The translations under genes and the position numbers were made by a program. The notes under the pieces were generated by a model. The model saw only the letters and a program-made list of their open reading frames with translations, did no database searches and had not been told where the DNA came from. From Camelus ferus (taxonomy: Eukaryota), in assembly GCF_009834535.1 (NCBI RefSeq), contig NC_045697.1, positions 64,730,001 through 64,794,000 on the forward strand: a stretch of DNA of 64,000 bases, written 5' to 3'. Shown here piece after piece: positions 27,201 through 40,400 of this stretch; within the stretch, counting starts at the first letter, position 1; each line of letters starts with the position of its first letter.

Positions 27201-27882
27201 CTTTCTGTTTGTATTCTTTTCCCTTCCTTCTATATAGGGTTTCATGAAAACTTTGACTTGAGACAAATTTTGACTATTGAAAAAGAGGTAAAAAATACAA
27301 AGTAATATGTTGGAAATAGCTTCCTAGAAAGAAACAAAACAAAAACTGTTCAGTGTATCTTTTGTTCCATTTATCTTGCCTGTCCAAGTTGCCTGGAGAT
27401 AGGAGATAAAGGTTATCTCTTGGTCTCTATTCTATTGACTGTACTCTTTTTTGCTAGCAGTTTGAAATTTTGATGGATACATTAGGAAAGCAATTTTTAT
27501 CATGCCAGTGAGTTCTTAAAATTAGCTGTCATATTTTAAAAGATATGTTTGGTAGATCAAAGTGTTGCTATATAGAAGAACATGAAGAGAAAAATCAATT
27601 TCACTGGGATTCCCACAGTTTTTTTTAAATGGCTAGCCAAATTTTTGTTCAATGAAGTTTTCTAATGTTCAATTAAGCTGAATCTTTTTCTTTTATTTGG
27701 GAGTGTAGAGAAATCTCTGATTCTCTATCAAAATTGTAAATAGGAATACAGTGCTTTTCATAAACTTAACAGTTTATTGCAGAGATATTTATCCCTTTCT
27801 AAGAGAAGATTTTGATAATTCTACTTAATTTTTTTGATCTTGTCAGAATTCCTACTTATTCTTGTTAAAATGGAGAAAAAAA

Positions 27883-27933
27883 TACAATTCCATAAAAATT
27901 ACAATTCCATAAAAAATACAATTCCATAAAAAA
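27883..27933. repeat. 17-bp tandem repeat, 3 copies
   Basis: tacaattccataaaaa(t/a) at 27883, 27900 and 27917. Confidence 0.9.
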
Positions 27934-29459
27934 TTATCTAATTGTCATTTTTACATGCCATTAACCACAAACTGATATTTAAAACAAAAAGTCTGAAATG
28001 AGTTTGATATTTAAAGTTATAGTTGTCCATGAACTGGACCTCACATTTCAGACAGATTTCTCTACGTAAAAAGCGAAGGAATGAAAGAAGAAAATATTAT
28101 AACATGATCTGTGTGATATGTGCTGGGATATCCTAGAGAAATCAAAATCTTAGAAACAATTCTGTGGTCAAAGAAATAAAAAAATAGATCTGAGTTATAA
28201 TATGATGATTAATAAAATCTATAAATTATATTTGAAAGCTTCAGGGTATGTGAGGAAGCATACTCCCTTTCTCTAGGTTTTGCTTTGAGGTAAATCACGA
28301 TATTCAATCTATCCAATTTTTCCAATATGCAGATTCACGACAACCCATATTTTTATTGAAGACAGTAAGATGATTAAAAATTTGAGAAAGAATACATGGG
28401 GTTACATAGTTTTAAATGCTAAGTCATTTTATTTAAAAGACCTCTTATTAATATGAATGATAGGGAATAAAACGTCTTTTTTTAACGAAAAGGAAAGGGA
28501 AATTAACACAATAATTAAAAGAGAAAACTGTATTTGTATCACTGTACAGGGTGGCATTGGGCAATGCTCTAAACATATTTCTGGAAAAAATATCACAATG
28601 TAATACTATAAATAATAGTGTTTGCTTTCCATAAATAGTATTATTTCTTTTCTCTAAATAAAGGAGAGTTTTTTTGTTTTAATACTTTTTTCTTCAATTT
28701 AAAGATTCTTAGAATGTGGATTTTCTATGTGAAAAGTGTGTTTTCATCTTAACATTAGAATGCATTTTTTTGGAATAAGGTCAAGAAAGGAAATTGCACT
28801 GTAATGACTGCTAGTCTAAAGTCAAGAATAGTCCAAAGTGTATTTCTCAAATTACTTTGCATATCCTCATTACCTTACTACAAAAACTGGCATGGTTTAA
28901 AATTATGGAGGGCCTGAAAGTATGGCAGTTCTGAGTGTATTCTTTATTCTTTCACTGTCTTGATATGTAGCCTTAGTGAGTATGAAGCCACTGTTCCTGG
29001 TGCCTGAGCTTTTCTTAAATGTGCTCAAAAAGGACCCATGGTCTGTCTTCTACATAGCGTTGTTGTGAAGGTAATTATAAATTAGGAAATAGTGAAAATG
29101 CCAACATGATATAAATACTAAATTATTAAGAAATCAACAATCAGAAGGCAATAATTAATTATAGTATGTATAGATTCCAGTAGACTTGGTTCTTTTAATA
29201 ATCATTTTTGTATATCTATGGAACTTTTACTCTTTTTACATTTTTCTAAAATTATGTTATCAGTGTTGTGATCGTAATGATTTGTGTTTTGCCAATTTAA
29301 AATAAATAAATAAGCTCATTGTTTTGGGAACTCATTCATTCCACAGATATTTACTGAAAATAGTAATGTGCAAGGTATTGTGTTAGACATTATAAAAGGA
29401 GGAGAATGAAACTTCCTTGAAGATTTTGACTCCCGGAGATAGAAATAAGACCTATAATA

Positions 29460-29660
29460 TAATATTGCTAATAATGCTCCTGCATGCCAAACACAATGCT
29501 ATGTTACTTCTAATCTTCGAAAACCTAGCACAAAGAGGATCATAATCTTCATTTTTCCGGTGAAGAAATTGCCCAAGGATATACTGCTGGTAAGGTAGCA
29601 GAGCTGAGTAAACAGTTTAGTGAATAAGAAGGTCCATTGTTTTCTTTCTAATGCACATAG
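29460..29660 (-). mobile_element. MIR SINE
   Basis: cttcatttttccggtgaagaaattgcccaaggatatactgctggtaaggtagcagagctg is a reverse-complement MIR core. Confidence 0.7.
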
Positions 29661-30248
29661 TATTCCTTAATATAAGCCAGTTTCATACAGGGAGCACTAA
29701 GTTCCATGACAATTAGATAGCCCCCAGATGCACAAACGGTAAGAATTAACTTTTAAATATTTTATTTGTTTTTGGAATAGTCCAGTTATATTAGCCTGAA
29801 TAAAACTTAACTTTCTAATCACTTATCTGTTTTATTCACTCCATCAAATACTTTTGTTTTTTTAAGTATTTTTATGTTTGTAATAACTTATACAACTCTT
29901 GAGAGCAATTAGGTTGCTTTTTCCAAAACCAAGTTCAGAACCTGGTATGCTCAATAAATGCTAAATGAATTAATGAATGGATTACCTTGGGATTGGGATA
30001 TTCTTGTTAAATAGATTATATTCAAAAGTAACTCCTTCTCTAATATTCTTAGTGTAGGAGAACATTTCATATATGTACATAATAGAGATATAATAGGAAA
30101 AAATGATACATAGGGTCAAAATAAAGGCAATAATAAAATTCTTTGCTTTCTGGTTTTATCATAGAAATGGCAGTAAAACTCAACAAATCACTTTATCATT
30201 TTGGATATTTGTAGTATTGTTGGCTAACACAGTGACTAAAGGGTTTTA

Positions 30249-30412
30249 CCAGTGGTGTGAGAATCATCTATCTCAAGTGCTGATTCCTACTCCCTATGCA
30301 TTAACATGCTGGTAGCTTGAAATAGGCCATGGTGGGAGTTTACACAGAGGAAATTAACAATCACTACAAAATCTAGACTTTTTTTTTTTTGAAGGAGATT
30401 GCACAATAGTGG
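30249..30412. mobile_element. MER63-like hAT (Blackjack) non-autonomous DNA transposon
   Basis: TIR ccagtggtgtg at 30249, internal ggtagcttgaaataggccatggtgggagtttacac, and a decayed right TIR gcacaatagtgg. Confidence 0.7.
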
Positions 30413-30959
30413 CTTCTACTCATGCTTAGCAGGCAGAATCAATTTATTTAGCAGGATGCTAAATATGTGTCATTCTCAGGAAAGTTTCTCACAGGAAAGT
30501 ATTGCCCTATTTATATATAGTTATCTGAACTTGGACCTATGTCCATTTTCCATAAAAGGAAATTTAATTTTTACGTGGTTTTAAAACATAATGATTTTTC
30601 AAGAATACCACTACCATGTAAACTGATAAAAGACTGAATTTTCCTTAATAACCAGTTTAGAAAATCTATTTATTGAGGGAAATGGTGTTTGTGATATTTG
30701 AGTTGTACGACACCTCAAATCAGTTTCATTTACTGCTCTGTCATTCAGCTTGATCCTCTATAGGGGTATACATCTGAGAACTTCAGCTCTGTCTTCTGTA
30801 CAATTGAGCCAGAACATTTATATTCAAATATAAATCATTTTATCATGAAAAACTTTGTGTTTCATTTATAGTGTAGTCAATACATTATATTGATTTTGTT
30901 GAAGTCAAGTGTATAGGTGGTTACGTTATTTGTGAACTCCGTTTTAACCTATTGAGGAA

Positions 30960-31095
30960 ACACTGATACAGTTCAATCTCTTCATTTTACAGAGGAGAAA
31001 GTAGGACCTGAAGAGGTAAAATGACCTGACAAAGGTCAAAGAAATCAGTGGCATGACAAACTATATTAAGTCATCTATCTTCCGTTCACTTTAAG
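30960..31095 (-). mobile_element. MIR SINE fragment
   Basis: tcattttacagaggagaaagtaggacctgaagaggtaaaatgacctgacaaaggtca. Confidence 0.75.
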
Positions 31096-31454
31096 TCATC
31101 AAACCTTTGACCTGTTAGCCTAATTTGTTGCGTACTATTTGTGAAAATAAATATATAGTTCTCCTAACTTACACGTAATAGAGATCTTGGTAAAATTCTA
31201 CTGGATTTGAGCAATATAATTTCATTTAAATCATGTTACATTCTCTTTTTCTAGGACATAGAGTCCATTTATCAGGTGCAAAGCCCAGTCATGTTGCTGC
31301 TACATTTGGACTTCTATTACATTTTTGTGGTACCCGAGAAATACATCCTGAATGTCATACTTCAAATTAGCTTTCAGCTTACTGCATTTGGGAAGCCAGT
31401 TGCTTTGATTTGAAATGGCTGGCTCGTGCAGCCGCCTACACACAAGTCACTTAC

Positions 31455-31528
31455 CTGAGTACTTGAGCGGATGTGACTGCTGCATGTAAAACTGACTTTT
31501 AGCTTCAACTTACACCCGTGTAGTCAAA
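31455..31528 (-). other. Candidate 74-nt exon with an internal donor that would give a 15-nt microexon
   Basis: The - strand reads ttttcatttcattctttttttcag|TTTGACTACACGGGT GTAAGT...ATGCAGCAGTCACATCCGCTCAAGTACTCAG|gtaagt. Unique sequence with retained CpGs. Confidence 0.45.
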
Positions 31529-33689
31529 CTGAAAAAAAGAATGAAATGAAAACCTTTTTTACAAGCTGCTGTGTCAGCTAAAGCAAGTGAAAACAGTGTG
31601 TGGTAGCTACATACAGCAGAGGAAATGAGGACTGTCTCTGGAACTCTAACACAGCACAGTTAAAAAAAAAAGTGGCTTTCTACTCCAGGTCCCCACGGAT
31701 AACTGCCTATCAATATCATAGCAAAGCTATTCTAAGCAAGATAATTCTTCTTATTCTAGTTTTCTCTTGCCCAAGGTCACATCTAAGAGTAGAATGAAAT
31801 TAGCATACTGCTTTAGAATACAGGTCCTGTGAATTCAGGTTAAATTTAAAACTTCAGGTTGATTTTTCTTTAGAGCTTGCTTTTAGATTTTGGCATGCAC
31901 AATACAAAAAGTTATCTGTGTATTTACCCATACTTGAATTGCCATACTTTAAAGTAGCTGATGTGAAGCAGATGAGTTCAAGTTGCAGAACTTAAAAGGT
32001 ATAACATTATAATCACAAATGTGAAGAATGCTTATCAAAATATTTTTGATGGTTGAAATGGAATCTCTTGGATTATTCCTCATATCTCCATTTATTAACA
32101 GATTCAATTATGAAATTTGTATATGATTTAAATGTATATATTTTATTCTTTATGTAAAATGCAAACATAACATTTATGTAAGTGTAAATCATACTATTAT
32201 TTCCTATTACCTGACATGTTAATGTAGTAAACTGTTCTATTCTTTGTCGTCTTTTAATTTTCTGATATTTTCTTTTCTGTGGAACTTGAGAATCTTTAGA
32301 ATACTGTCAGTGTATTATTTGGAATATAATGCTATTTTTTTCTTTTTGTGCCATGGGTAAAGTAAATTTCTGATTCACTTGGTTCTGTACTATAATATAT
32401 GTATTATAAACTTGATCAGAATCTTCCTCTTCCAAAGTCTTAAGGTTCTCCAGAAACTCTCAAGAGTATTTACTATATGCTAACATAAAACATAACTCTC
32501 TGAATGGGAAGTGTTACTAACGTGTTTACAAATTTATTTTTCCTCAATACCATTTTATTCTAGGACCATCTCTAAAGATGTTCTTCCACTGACCAAACTT
32601 TTAAAATGTTGCTGTTTTACACGATTTCTTTTTTTTTTAAAGCTTCAGATATGCAAAGGACTAGCTTTCCCATCATAACCTACTTTTTCAGGGAAGGACC
32701 ATATCCTTCTTTTATGTCTATCACATTTATTAAAGCTGTTAACCTAGTTGATCTGACTCTATACACACTAAGTAAGAAGATGACTTCTCCCTTGACTCAT
32801 ACATTTATGTAAATGATAACTTACTATCAGTGACACTTTTAAAAAACAGTCAAGAAAAAGTGACATTCAAATGAAAAGATGGATATTGTCTGCTTCATGA
32901 ATTTGACCTTTTAAGTGACCTTTCATTTTGAGACTTTTCCCTCATTATTACGTGTGCTCAGATAAACCTTTGTGTCATGGAGAAAGAAGCAACTACCCAT
33001 AAAAATAGTTGTGCAGTCTGGTATTATGACATTATCATGATTTCCATAAAAAAATTATTTAACCATGTGTAGGTACTTAAAAAGGAAGGCTTTCTTATGT
33101 TTAGAATCATGTTAAAGAATGTGTGTATGTGTGTGTTCGTGTGTATTCTTCATAATCAAACATAATACCGGATTGAAAAAAATAGTGAAGAACTGAGATG
33201 ACCCCTTGTGCATTTCCTAAACTGAAACAGAGTTTAAACTACCAGTAGATACAAACTTGAGTTTGAAAAGATTGGCTTTTGATGCCTAGGCCTTATCATT
33301 ATTGAATGTCTTGCCTGAAAAGGAAAATAATGAGTAGTGAATACCAATGTGTTCAAGAAAGACTTAACTTTGAGAACATTTTATATAACCAATTTTCAGA
33401 ACTGCAGTACAGTGTGAAAGCCTTCAACCAGGATTCTTAGAGCTAAATCTCGAAAGATTTGTCTAAATTGTTTGTTAGATTCCTCCTGCACTAAGTTCAG
33501 GATTGTCTCTGGGTCTCTTAGGTATGAGATTTAGCTGGGAGCTAAGTACCCAAGACAGACCTAGAACCGAAGTCTTCTAAGCCTTAATCTACTGTTCTAT
33601 GAGAGTTGCTGCCTCAGAAATCAAAGAGTATAAGTTTGAACCAACTTCTTTGGTATCTAAACATTTGGACTTTTTCATAGTCTGTCTCA

Positions 33690-33900
33690 TTTTAGGTAAT
33701 TGTTACAATAAGCTGTGTGAGCTTCAATTTCATGGTGTAAAATGAAAACAATACTATATGCAGATTATTATTATTTAAATATACACATATATATTCACTG
33801 TATATATAAAATATATATAGAGATACATATAGATAGGTATCCCTCAGTGAAGTCTGGCACATAATAAGCTTTTAATCAATGATACTTATTGTTTATAATA
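33690..33900 (+). mobile_element. MIR SINE with an internal AT-rich expansion
   Basis: ctgtgtgagcttcaatttcatggtgtaaaatgaaaac...cagtgaagtctggcacataataagctttt. Confidence 0.6.
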
Positions 33901-36049
33901 TTATTTAGCAATAATAAAGTGATCTACCTTACAGAACATAATACCTTCAGACAAAGAATTATAATAGTTTTAGAATTGAATATCTGTATGTACAGCTCAG
34001 GTATTGTACTGAAAATATACACTAAACCTATTTTATAATATGTTTTGTTTTCATTTGACTGTTAGTTGTTTAAAACATTTTGAACAATTAAAAAAAAATT
34101 TAGTTCAGTGACATTTGAAATGTTTTAGAATTCTAATAGTTTAGCAAAGTAATGAAGAGAAGTTTGCTTGGAAAGTAGATGACTTTGTGAAATTTTCAGT
34201 TTTTATACTAACAAAGTAATGAAGCAAAAAAAAAAAAAAAAAAGAGCCCTGAGAAGTAGTTAAGTTTTTTTAAAAATCAAAACTAGAAAATAAAGCACTT
34301 AATTTTATTGTTATTTGGTGTAATAATTAAAGCCTCTGAAGGGGAACTTATTTCCTTTTCTGGCCTAGTTCAGTGCTTTCATTATATGCCAGTATACCTG
34401 ATGCATTCACAGTTTGTAACATCTTTTTTTTCTCACATGTAATTTAATCTCACAGGTAGGAAGGAATTAATTGAGAATATAATAATGAATGAAAACTTCA
34501 GTGGAAATAATTGCATAATGACATACTCAGAATTCTAAAAAAGGAAAGGAGAAAATTAGCATGATATGGTTAAAAATGAATTTTAGGGAAGTGGATTACA
34601 AAAGGCTTAGTCTACTATCGTGAAATGGAATAAAGAAAACAAGAAGAAAAAAAATTAGATAGAAAAAGAACCTACAAGACCTGAATTCTCCTGAATTTTA
34701 GAGAGCAGAGTAGGCTAAAATAAAATAAAATAAAAATGGATAAATGCAGAATGGGACAGGTGAACAGAAGGACAATTTGGAATAATGTAACACTCTGAAC
34801 TTTAACCTGTTCACTGTAAGTTTTTAGAAGCAGGGAAAAAAATATTGGAAGGGACACAATCAGTACTTATCAGGTAAAATAAAAATTTCGTATGTTGTGT
34901 TGGGCATACTCCTCATGAAGGATGTGGTCCATGTCCTCCTTATATTTACGTCTGTAGTCCTCTCAGGCTTAGCAGTGTGGTCCTCTTGTAGCAGGCAGTC
35001 TCCCTGAATGTAATTGTATTTGGTAATCCAGGAAGCTCATATTTTGAGAAGGTAGGAAGGAGATCATGATAGGTGATGATAAGAGGCTAAAGATTTTTGG
35101 GTCTTCCAAAAAAGGCAGCTTTATCAAGTAACCCAGAATAGATTAACTTTAATGAGAAAATGTCACATCAATTTTAAACTTTAGAAAAATATCTAAAAAT
35201 TATTTTGCATACATTGTGTTCAAAGTATCTTTTTCAGTCACATGGAATAATACACTGACAGGTGTGGTTTCACTGCCATTGTTACTTTAAAGAACTCAAT
35301 GAACATAGGGTAGTTTTTAGAATCTGAGAATTTAAAAATACAGGAAACAAATTTAAAACATTAAATCCAATTCAGTAAAATTGGTTTTTGAAATCACATT
35401 GGTAATTGGAGGAAATTAGCTGTAATAATCATTACTTGCTTTGTAAGCATCCTATTTCTTATATCTTATTATAATTACTTAATTTTCATATTCATTATAA
35501 TTATTTGATTTTATTCAGGACAAATATTTTAAGAGGTCAGGAATATGTAAATAAATGTATCTACATTTAAGTGAAGCTGTTCTTTTTTTATCTGCAAATG
35601 TGTCTTAACTACTTGTTAAGTTACTTTTAAGTTTAGTTTTTGTTTTGATCAGAGAGGACTGATACTTATAATTTTTAGTTAATAATTAAACAAGAGGATA
35701 GAGGAGTGATAAAGATTCAACACCCCCCCCCATAATTATTGGTATTGCATGCTGTGTATTGAATCTTGGGGAAGAGAATTAAACTCTGAAGCCTCTTCCA
35801 GCTCTAGTGTATTATGAATTCCTGTGGTGACTTATTGTGTCACATAATGACTCTCACTGTCAGTATATTCTTTCTCTTGATACAATTCTGGTATTTTTTT
35901 TTAAATATTTTTTTCACACTCAGTAGAGGAATGAGAAAACCTTACCAAAATATAAGCTTACTTGTATATGGGGATAGAAAAGGGAGCTAACTCTTATCGG
36001 GTGCCTTTATACTGTGTAAAACTTAAGCCTTCTTCATATTACACAGGGT

Positions 36050-37060
36050 TTAACCCTTTTTTTCTCCCTTTCACAACCAAATGTCAGGAAAGAACTGTCC
36101 GTGTACACTGTGTTCCTGTCCTGTCCATTCACTACTGTATCTTTATTAACCTGTCTTTGTCATGCAACTCTTCTCTTACTTTTTATCAGTCTTATCAGAA
36201 GACTTCTGGTTCCCACATCAGGTAAGTGCTTTTCAGTCCTTCCCATACTTGATATGTTATATAAAATATTGTTTGTAAGAAGAAGGTATGTTTTCTACTT
36301 TCTGTTACCTGGAAATTCTTCCCTTAGTTCCCATAACACTATGCTCTTCTGATTTCCTCCTTCCTTCCTGGCTGCTCTTTCTGCCTTCTTTTATACTCCT
36401 CCTCCTTTTCCCATCCTACTAATGCTAGTACTCTTCGGGTTCTGACAGAGGTTCATAGGTTCTCCTTCCTTCTCATTTTATCAGGCATTTCCAGGGTGAT
36501 CTTCTACACTCCCATGGATTTTATGACCCCGTATTTGCTGAAGGCTCCTAAAATGACACCTTTAGCTGAGATAAATGTATCCAATTCCATAGAAGACTTC
36601 TCCTAACAAACCTGCAATTTATTATCTTTCCTACTCCCCATGGAGAGATCATGCTTGGAGACTGGACATGCTTATTAGCTCTTCCTGCCTCTGACCACCC
36701 CACTTGACTAAACATCAGTCAAGTTCTGTTGAAACTGCCTCTTATGTCAATTTACTTCTCTCAGCACCATTGATCTTGCCTAGTGTCATCCTTCAGTTCT
36801 CTGCTTCGTGAGCACTTCTTACAGAAAGATCTCCTTTCTCCTCGGTTGAAACAAGTGTCCATACTATATGTGCTTATAGTACATTCTACTTCATTCACTG
36901 TAGCAATTGCATTCTGCATTGTAATGACATTTGTACTTTACCATGTACCATTAGAATTTTGTGTGTGGAAAATGAGAGACTGCTTATTTGTGTCACTAAG
37001 ATAGCTTTTGCATCTAAGACATAATCTGGCTCATTGTAGGCACTTAAAATTTTATTAAAT
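36050..37060 (+). mobile_element. L2 LINE remnants including the 3' end
   Basis: Pyrimidine-rich L2 text (ctcttctgatttcctccttccttcctggctgctc...) ending tctggctcattgtaggcacttaaaattttattaaatga. Confidence 0.65.
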
Positions 37061-38520
37061 GAGACTTCTATGTTACACATTTAATTTTAAAAGACATTCT
37101 TGCCTTTCAAAAATGAGAAAGTCAGGCTCAGCAATGCCAAGCATCATTCATACCATTAATGTAGCCTGGGCTATGGTCAAAACTTGGGATTTTCTACACT
37201 GTATTACCACATTGTATTCATACCGAATCCTCTCCTCTCCAGTTGGACTAATTCCGTTTTTGTCTTTCTTTGCCCATTAGATGAGTGTACATTCACACAC
37301 ATCACACACACTTCCAAAAATCTGGAACTTTCTTGTCTTAGAAGCTTCTGTGAACTCTGTGATTTCCAAAGTTGGATGAAATTAATATCATTTAATGAGA
37401 AAGGGATTGAAGACTGTTCAAATTTAACAACTTGAAGATACATTTTATCCTGAGACCTTGGAGAGAAAAAATAAAAAGAACAAGCTAGAATTTAAGCATT
37501 TTAAAAGTATTCTTTATGTGACTTGAATTTCAGAAGGATGATAATTCACAGTTTAGGTTACAGATAAATTGTTTCTAAAATACATACATGCATACTTTTG
37601 TAGCTATAGAAAGATTCTTCTTTAAAATCCAATGGTCATGTTCATACCTAACAGATGGTTTGATATCATTGCATGTAACCTATATGAACTGTAGAAACTC
37701 CAGAAGACATACTAATGGAATCAAATAATATTCTCTTAATAAGATATGCTATTTCATTGTCCTTTAGTTTCTTTGTAGGGGAAAACTAAAAGATAACCTA
37801 TATAAGAAAAGAACTCTTGAAGTAAAACACTTTGTGAATGATAATTTCCTAATGGAACCACCATGAATTACTGTGAAAAAGCTTATAATTTATATTTTAT
37901 TTGAACTGCCAGAATAAGACATCGATAGACATACATTCAGTATCCAAATAAAACTGTGATTTTACTGTGCAAAAAGGTGGATGGCATACAAAAATGCTTC
38001 TTTTCTGTTCTTCATGATTATAATCAAGACTTAAACCTTCGGAATCTATTTTTAAATTTTTGACAAAGTTCAGGAAACTCTAAATGTGAACACATAAATT
38101 ATGTTTTGTGTCTCTACAGTATTTATGAAATATGTAATGAACATCTGTGAAGAGTATAATTATTCTCATTTACAAAAGGAAGAACTTTGTACCATATATT
38201 TAGTTTATGATCTTATGTTAAAAACTGTCAACTCATTCTTTGAAGTCCACATTCCACAGATGTTCATTAGACACCTACCATTAAATGTTAACAAAGTCTC
38301 TTCACTAGAGAGTTGAATAGATTTAGAGGCAACACTTTAAAAAAAAAAAAGCTTGAGTGTAATCTGACTTTCCTATGAGTATAAATGTAACTCATAATTA
38401 TTTATGATTGTTTATTCTAAAAATATTCAGACCAATTTAGGACTTTCTGTCTGAGGCTGTGAAGAGCTTGCTCTGGGATTCTTGTTTTCTCAGCCTCCCT
38501 AATTGAGGGCACCTTCTTAC

Positions 38521-38580
38521 CTTCAGGGCACTTTACAGTACTGAGAAGAACCTAGTAAAAAGAGTTCTCATCTGCTGTAA
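38521..38580 (-). other. Candidate 60-nt non-coding exon
   Basis: The - strand reads taactgattcttcttttatttcatcatag|TTACAG...CCCTGAAG|gtaaga, with stops in all three frames. Confidence 0.3.
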
Positions 38581-39145
38581 CTATGATGAAATAAAAGAAG
38601 AATCAGTTATACTGCAGGGTGCCAAAATCAAGAAAGATTGGAAGCACGTAGACTCAAACAGCCCAGTGCTCTTGAATGTTCTCACTTTAGATCTTTCCAT
38701 TTCATTCACATTAAAAGCTCTTAATATGTGAACTAAATTTATTTTAACATAAGCAATATTCATATAGAAAGGAAAGAATCTGATTGATGGAATGAAGTAT
38801 AAGAATGCTTGCAATTTAATATTAGGCAGTTAAGTTTCCAAAGACTTGTCTTAAAATATAAAAACTTCATTCAAAAATCAGTCACCTTTACTAAGGGAAT
38901 AAAAAGAATAATTTTATGATCCTGGCTGATTATTTCTTTCTCATCAAATCGGTTAAATGGTGATCACTGAAAATGAAGCTTTGATAAACCAGATTTTCCT
39001 TCCTCTTTGAACTGGGAAGGAGATGGTATTGTCTTTATGAATGATGACATCCAGAGAGGTTATGTGATTAGCTGTGTTATTTGTAATCCAACATATAACA
39101 GAGAGTCTTGAAATAAAATTTAGTATTCCCAAGGGGCAGGGCAAT

Positions 39146-39238
39146 TATATCTATATCTATATCATCTATATCTATGTGTCTGTGTCTGTGTCTGTGTCTG
39201 TGTCTATGTCTATGTGTATATATACGTGTATGTGTGTG

Positions 39239-39297
<59 letters not shown>
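39146..39297. repeat. Compound microsatellite (TATATC)n(TGTGTC)n(TA)n
   Basis: Directly visible, with a long TA run at about 39239-39297. Confidence 0.95.
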
Positions 39298-39300
<3 letters not shown>

Positions 39301-39559
39301 CATCCCATTACCTGTATGACAGCACTAATACTATAAACTTTATTTAAAAATTGAAATGTAGTATGGGAAGTATTATGTGTGTAAAGAGATATAAAACATT
39401 GTCATACATTATAGAATCTATGATGGATTCTGTATCTTAATATCCTGTAGCATTGCCATTGAACTTCTCTAAAACTAACTTATCATCTATAAAATGCAAC
39501 TAACAGTACTTGCCTTGACAGATAAATTGTATAAGTCAGTACTTGGGAGGATTAAATTC

Positions 39560-40400
39560 ATTTTTATTCATTCATTCATTCATTCATGCAACATTTATTG
39601 AATACATAAATGTACAGGCATAAGTATAGATGATCATGATAAATTAATGGACTGGTACTGTACAGGAAACAAGTTTATAAATTGTACACAGTAGTACAAA
39701 TATAAACAACATCATCATTTATAACATCAGTCAGTTTTAAACATGACACATTGGTGGGTCTGTAAGTTGAAAACTGCTGCAGTAGTCCAGGCATGAAATG
39801 AGAAGACTTGGACTGGGAGGATGTTGATTGGGTTGGAGAAGGTTTCATAATTATGAGCAACACATTTTAAGAAAGATAAAGTTTAGCTCTCTCTCAAATA
39901 GAAAGTAATAGAAGAAAAGAGTTAAGAAAAGCTTATTGTGATTTCACTTTTGAGACAAAGAACAAATGGTAGTAGGAACATTAAAATTAAAAGGTAGGCA
40001 GTTTTGAGGTTTTCAGTTTTGGTTGAGTTGATTTTGAGGTAAGAAGTGCATATGAAATGAAAGAAGATTCAAAACTGGAGTTTAGAAGAAAGGATAGTGC
40101 CTTATACTTGGAGTTAGCAGCACTTTGGTATGAGGAAGTTTAGATATCTGATGAAATATTGAAAAGATCAGAGACTGCTTGAGAGAATATAGTTCTATAC
40201 TAGGACGCAGAATGGGCAAAGGAGAAAGAGAAGAAAATAGTGTTAGTATCTCAGAAACCTATGAGGAAAGAAAAGAATATGTGTCAACACTAAAATTAGA
40301 AGAAAAGTCAAGAAAAGTGGGGACTGAAGAAAAAAAGGGATTAATTTAATAATAATTTGCGACATGTGATATGGTGGTTATAGTAAAATGATGGTGATTA
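39560..40400 (-). mobile_element. L2 LINE 3' fragment
   Basis: (ttca)n tail then caacatttattgaatac...caggca, and later tttcagttttggttgagttgattttgagg. Confidence 0.7.

Noticed and set aside
27883..27933. CRISPR-like repeat array
   Set aside because: Head-to-tail 17-mers with no spacers, in a mammalian genome.
31022..31038. Everted nuclear-receptor repeat TGACCT-N5-AGGTCA
   Set aside because: It falls in the MIR core (gtgacttgcccaaggtca-like) and is explained by repeat ancestry.
39074..39319. 81-aa ORF rich in YI/VS repeats
   Set aside because: It is the translation of a compound microsatellite.
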